Part shown: positions 57,949-64,000 of the stretch, piece after piece
Position numbering within the stretch: position 1 is the first letter of the stretch
How the letters are laid out: every line of letters begins with the position of its first letter
DNA from: Eledone cirrhosa
Lineage: Eukaryota
Direction: 5' to 3'
DNA: 64,000 nt
Assembly (NCBI GenBank): GCA_964016885.1
Contig: OZ024742.1
Span: 308,264,001 to 308,328,000 of the forward strand
The notes under the pieces: model-generated
What the model was told of the DNA's origin: nothing
The model's input: only the letters and a program-made list of their open reading frames with translations
The model's database searches: none
Program-made: the position numbers and the translations under genes

Positions 57949-58502
57949 TATATATATATACGGCTCCTTAATTGTAGAGCTATTTCTGTTGAAAAGAATT
58001 TTGACTGCTGTTTCTAGGCGTCGAATACCTTTTCACGCCACTGAAACGAAACCGCTATCTTGTGTGGACGCAACACGTGGTGACGGATAGTTGCGGATTT
58101 GATCTCGCTCTGTAAGCACGGATAGCTGTAGTATCCCTTTCCTTGTTGACAATCCAATAATATCCACTTTCCGTGGATTACCATCTGATTAATTGGTGAA
58201 ATATATTTCTTTAATGGGATATATACAAGGAAAGTTAATCACACTTAAAGGTAAATATTGCCTAAAATAGCTATGTGTGGTCACACGCAAGCTTAAATTA
58301 TCACCTGTGATTATTCATGTATTTTTATATGTTAATCAATCTCTAGTTATTATATATATATATATATATATATAATACACACACATATATATATCAAAAC
58401 CGCACAAATATATCACTGTGCTGTGGTCTTAGGTAATAGCCGGTTGACATGAATGCACATAGAACTAGACGTAGGCATACACACGAACAGACACACACAC
58501 AC

Positions 58503-58557
<55 letters not shown>

Positions 58558-59021
58558 TATATAGATATATAGATAGATAGATAGATAGATTTATTTCTTT
58601 AATAAAGTAATAATAATAATAATAATATAGATTGATAGGTAGATAGATAGTTAGATAGATAGGTAGATGGTTATGTTATGAGGATCCAAATTTCTGTGGG
58701 TATCACCAAATATATGTATTTGTGGGTGAATGTGTAAGGCACAAAATGTCTTGATATTTGTAGTGTCCTGGACTTGAGGGATTGGAGAGATTATCTCCTT
58801 TACTCGTTTCCTTTGATGATGTAATAACGAGCACAATTTATCATCAATATGCATTTCACGGAGTTAATAATGCTAAGGGGCTGTGGTAAAATCATTGAAG
58901 CAATGATGCTGATGTTCAGTATTTCATTCATTACTAATTATTAAAGTGGCTTCTTGAACATCAATTATTTTGCCTCTGTGATTTTTCTACACACCTTGAC
59001 TATTATATGTATATGTTATAT

Positions 59022-59077
<56 letters not shown>

Positions 59078-59079
<2 letters not shown>

Positions 59080-59315
59080 CGAAGGAGTTGTGGTAAGGAA
59101 CTAGATGGACCATAACACACCAGAGTACTCAATACTTAGGGTAGTAGAGTGGGTAATAGGAAAATGTATGACCCCGACGTCAGAGCTCAAGCCGTTTCGA
59201 CGGCTTTTTCTAGAGTCCAGAAATAGCCGTCGAAACGGCTTCAGCTCTGCCGTCGAGGTCAGATATTTTCCTATATTTACCGGTGCAGGCATTGATAAAT
59301 ATGCTGGGTCCGTCA
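59078..59315. repeat. TA-flanked fold-back element
   Basis: ~59156-59212 is inverted relative to ~59218-59274. Confidence 0.7.
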
Positions 59316-59320
59316 ACCCT

Positions 59321-59372
<52 letters not shown>

Positions 59373-59464
59373 GGGGAGGGGGGGGGGGTATTAAAGGTGC
59401 AAATTAATTCCGTCCGTAGGCGGTATACTGAATGAACACACGATGCTCTTTGGGAGCAGAGTAT

Positions 59465-59650
59465 TAATAATTAATTCTATTTTTGGTACAAGGCCAGTAT
59501 ATATCCCAGTGCATTGCTGGTACGTTTTTATATCGACCTCGTAAGGATGCGAGCCAAAATTAACCTCGGCGGGATTTGAACTCAGACCATAAAGGGTCGT
59601 AACTCTTTGCTGCAAAGCATGGTGTCCGATCCTCTACCGATACTGCCAAA
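59465..59650 (-). mobile_element. SINE family S1 (diverged)
   Basis: A/B boxes and core. Confidence 0.85.
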
Positions 59651-59707
59651 TAATATTTATATATAAGGGAACAAAGAATCAGTGTTGCATCATATACATA
59701 TATAATT

Positions 59708-59799
59708 ACATATTACATATGTTTCACTGTCGATCAGCTCGAGGAACGATCGATTAATGATCGAACCTGACTCTGGAAACGGAAGCTCCTCAGATGTGT
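59708..59799 (-). ncRNA. Type I hammerhead motif with long stem II insert
   Basis: ACACAT-CTGAGGA-GCT...AGT-GAAAC-ATAT-GTA-ATATGT. Confidence 0.6.
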
Positions 59800-59819
59800 G
59801 TGAACATGTACACACGTGT

Positions 59820-59985
59820 CTATAGGGATATAAAATATACGGAAGCGAAAACCAGCCCAGACCAAACAGTGAGCGCGTTTTATTATAATTTCTGGCAATA
59901 TTATAACAATATGACCCTCTCCAAATATAACAATATTTGTTTCGGCACACAATTTCATATCAAAAACCTAGCAAAAGAAATTCAT
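59820..59985 (-). repeat. Abundant dispersed repeat (also ~7875-7985, 21825-21900, 23700-23745 and in the triplicated unit)
   Basis: Shared GAAGCGAAAACCA.CC...AAACAGTG...TTCTGGCAA.ATTATAACAATATGACC.TC.CCAA.TATAACAATAT. Confidence 0.75.
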
Positions 59986-60014
59986 ATATATATATGTGTG
60001 TGTGTGTGTACGTG

Positions 60015-60059
<45 letters not shown>

Positions 60060-60083
60060 GTGCGTGCGTGTGTGTGTGTGTGT

Positions 60084-60166
<83 letters not shown>

Positions 60167-61309
60167 TGTGCGTTTGTGTGTGTGTGTTTGTGGGTTATGC
60201 GTGCATGTGTCTCTTATTTACGTGAACTATTGATCCCAGTAGAATTCTAACACTTGTTATTACCAAGATCATTAGCATTATGTTAAAAATACCAAACTAT
60301 CAGAGTGAAATTTATTAAATATTCTTGAAAATTAATTGGTAGTTATTGCTCCAAGTTTGCTACCAAAAGAAATAAAACTTATAAAAGTCTATTTATCAGC
60401 CTTTACATGGTCGTACGGCATGCAGAAAATAGCAACCAAATCTATGTCTTATTACACCATGCGTTTTAATGATATTTTAAGAAGAAACGTATTATAAAAT
60501 GTAGACTATTACGTGATGGTCATGGTTTTAATACCTTTGTTCGAAGTATTCTTATATCATGTTTGACCTGTGTCTAAACAACAGCTACGACAACTGATTT
60601 TATCACTATTAATCCAACGAAAGCACCTCTAATTGACCGGTGAACTTACTATAAAAACAGCCAAATCTTCCTCAAATCAATCTATCTGATGTATGAAAAC
60701 AGACCACATTGGAAAATATTGTTGGTTGTAGACATAGGAAAGTACGGGATGGCTACAGATGGAGGGATTGAGTTCTAGATTGGCTGAGTACCTCCTGACC
60801 AAGGTTACTATATATTCTAACAATAAACAGTAACCTTGATAATTATCTAAAGTAAATAGCCCTGTTGTGATTTTCTTCAGGAGTAATTATCTACATATTT
60901 ATGTTGCATGATTTAGATAAATGGATATATCTCTACATTTTCGTCTTTTCAATCTTATCTTCTATAGCATCGACGACAATAATCATCAGTATATTATATA
61001 TTGGAATTACATTTTTTTTTAAATTCATAGACGAAAATCGCTAACATATGGCGTTATATGTAGTTAGGTAGAACGAAAGTGTTGTATTGATTATTTTTTC
61101 CTGTTAAAGATTTTCAATACTTCATCAGAATAAATATATACGCTATGTTGATTCAGAATTTTAGAAAGCAAATGGACACAAGAGAAGACAGAGAGAACGA
61201 TTATTTATTTGTAATAGTAATGACTAATTTTCTATGCATAGATTCATGTAATCTTATAAAGAACGCATACGGATATAAGAAGAAATAAAGATAAACAAAC
61301 ATTAAGACA

Positions 61310-61373
<64 letters not shown>

Positions 61374-61602
61374 TACATATATATATAAGGAAGAAAATTT
61401 GAAAATATAACTGCTGTGGCTTGTCTTGCGAGACAAACCACAGCGGAAACGTAAGCCCTCCATCTCAATTTTTCTTGTGAAAATCATAAGAATTGTGAAA
61501 CTGGTAAAGTAAATAAATATTCTTAAAAGACTCCAGTTGTATTTTCAAGTTCTTTTCGTTTTATTTTTACCCATGCGAGAAATTTACAAAAAACCTTACT
61601 AT

Positions 61603-61658
<56 letters not shown>

Positions 61659-61659
61659 G

Positions 61660-63180
61660 AAGTTATATTTAATTTGTTGGGATACAACAAGCAAATATTT
61701 TTATAACTGATATAAAGCACTCAACAAATTATTGGAGTAAAAATACAATATATTAACAAATGGAAACTATATTAACAATATATTAACAAATGGAAAAAAA
61801 ATACTATAGTAAATTCTGTACAGCAACGCATTTCTAGAATTTCAACTATTAAGAATATTTTTTATGATAATGCACAGTATTACAACGAAGCGTTAGGTAG
61901 AGCTGGATATAGTAATATAATTAAATACATTGATAATAATAATATAACAACTAACCATAATTTTAACAATTTTAACAACTATAATAGAAAACCTTACAAT
62001 AATTCGGAAAACAAAAAGAAAAAGAACTAGGAATATATTATGGCTCGCTCCTCCTTTCTCATTATATATTAAAACTCCTATTGCTAAACTATTCTTTAAA
62101 GCTCTCGACAAATTGCTTCCCTAGATATTACTCAATATTTAATAGAGATACTATAAAATTAACTTGTTCAACCACCAGTAATTTAGCGCAGAATATTAAT
62201 AGAATTAATAATAGAAACTTAAAACCTAACCAGAATACCATTAGCAACCCCAGCAATATCCAATTTAATAATACGGCTCCTAGTAACTTGAATTTTGATA
62301 AATGTAACTGTAGAAATAAATCTAACTGTCCGTTAAATAACAATTGTTTAGCTAAAAATATAGTATATAATTGTAATGTAAAAACTAAATTAAATTCATT
62401 TAATTATGTAGGTTCTACTTCCACAGACTTTAAATCTCGTTTTAATAACCACAAATGCTCTTTTACGAATATAAATAAAAAATCTTCAACTTCTCTATCT
62501 AGCTTACTATGGGACCTAAAATCAAAGAACATTAACTATTCTTTACTTTGGAATATTACCTCCAAAGCTCCTCCATTCAATTCTTCTTCTGAAAAGTGTG
62601 CTCTTTGTATGGAGGAAATATTCTTTATATTAAAAAGCAAAAATTCTGTGAATTTAAGGAACAATCTTTTCAGTTGCTGCAAACATAGATTAAATTCAAC
62701 GTTTAAATATGAATTTAAAATGTAATATATAACTCATCTTATTAAACCTATCGATAAATCATTAGATTCCTTCATACAACTGCCTAAAACTCTCTTAAAT
62801 GAAAAGAATTTTTCCTTAACAAAATGTTTCCTTGAAAATTCTTCTAGATAAACATACTGAACATTTTTTTTAAAAGAAGGGATTTTGAAAATTTCTCTTA
62901 TGGGTATAAAAAATTAAGATAAACATACGGAAAGTTTCTAAAAAAGTTTTTTTTTGTTAATTCCTCTGATATAAAAAAAATTATAATTCATATTTTATAC
63001 TGTGGGTTTTTTTTCTATATATTCTTATATTTTTTAAATTATATTGCTTAAAAATTATATTGCTTAAAAATTATAATTCCTTTTAAAATTATATAATTAT
63101 ATTTTTGAAAATTGTAATTCCTTTTAAAATTATAATCCTTTTAAAAATTATAACTCATATTTTATTTTATATTATGTATT
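61660..63180 (+). mobile_element. Second Hydra-type PLE, 3' fragment (linker plus GIY-YIG endonuclease) with inverted pLTR piece at its 5' end and AT-rich UTR
   Basis: RTRNILWLAPPFS (by hand), IFNRDTIKL, CNCRNKSNCPLNNNCL..IVY..YVGST..FKSRFNNHKCSF..TSLSSLLWDLK..CALCMEE..NLRN..SCCKHR (ORF 62081-62725). Confidence 0.87.
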
Positions 63181-63249
63181 TTGTATTTATATATATATAT
63201 GTATATATATGTGTGTATATGTACGTATATATATATATATATATATTGT

Positions 63250-63420
63250 GAAGGCGTGCGGCTGAGTGGTTATAGAATTGGATTCACAATCTTGAGGTTG
63301 TGAGTTCGATTCCTGGACCGGGCGTTGCGTTATGTCCTTGAGCAAGACACTTTATTTCACGTTGCTCCTTCTACCTGGAGTTGCGACCGAGAGATAGTAC
63401 TAGCAACTGGAAAGACCAAC
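63250..63420 (+). mobile_element. tRNA-derived SINE (second family)
   Basis: A box CGGCTGAGTGG, B box GAGTTCGATTCC, core TGTCCTTGAGCAAGACACTT. Confidence 0.8.
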
Positions 63421-64000
63421 GAAAACATTGTTTCCTCGGTCCGATTTGACGAAAGTCGATCGATTAAAAAATAAAAAATAAAATATATGTGTGTGTGTGT
63501 GTGTGTATATGTATATGTCTATGTATATGTATACATGTATGTATGACTATGTATGTGTATATATATCGAAATGTATAATTTGAATACATTCTATGAATGA
63601 ACTCGTATAAAAGGTTTTTTTACGGTTTATGCTTTAGATATATTCTTATGAAAAACTTTAAACATTAAGACGTTATAGTAAACAAACTTATATTTTAACA
63701 GTCACAACTGTATAACAGGTGGATTTATGAAATATATAAAATTTATAAAATTATAACTTACTATAAAAAAATATAAGGTTTTTTTATAATCTTAACTTTT
63801 TTTATCATCTTAACCTTTATAACATTTAATCCTTAGAGCTATCTAAATTACAAATAAATCACTTATTTTCCTTCACGCTGTATTGCTATTACGAAGAAGA
63901 GATTTTTCTTCGGTAAAATCTCTGAATTTCCATGGGTTTAGAAACATTCCTATATTTTAAACATAATTTTTTTGTTTTTATTATTTCTTATTATTTTTAT

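Noticed and set aside
63250-63325. tRNA gene
   Set aside because: Has A/B boxes but no proper acceptor stem, and continues into a SINE core.

Overview
AT-rich eukaryotic (animal) non-coding DNA, saturated with (TA)n/(CA)n/(GA)n microsatellites and transposon debris. No host protein-coding gene is supported, and most ORF-track entries are microsatellite translations. The SINE and repeat complement suggests a cephalopod such as octopus (inference from recalled repeat sequences, no search run). Recognisable elements: a 5' portion of an R4/Dong-like non-LTR retrotransposon; four Penelope-like element (PLE) RT/GIY-YIG fragments (two Hydra-type, two Neptune/Poseidon-type); an RTE-type LINE with a 5' inversion; a Chapaev3-type DNA transposon with both TIRs and a TTA TSD; many tRNA-derived SINEs; and a local inversion plus triplication. 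The main hidden signal is a high density of type I hammerhead ribozyme (HHR) motifs, found by eye. About 16 have an intact or compensated core and several more are degenerate. They sit in short non-coding fold-back elements inserted in (TA)n. The most striking is a 466-bp tandem, retrozyme-like unit (41115-42522). It shares an octamer (ATGCAAAT) plus TATA-like cassette upstream of the ribozyme with a second, diverged family (around 24885-25620 and 26980-27390). All folds were derived manually, and catalytic activity is untested.
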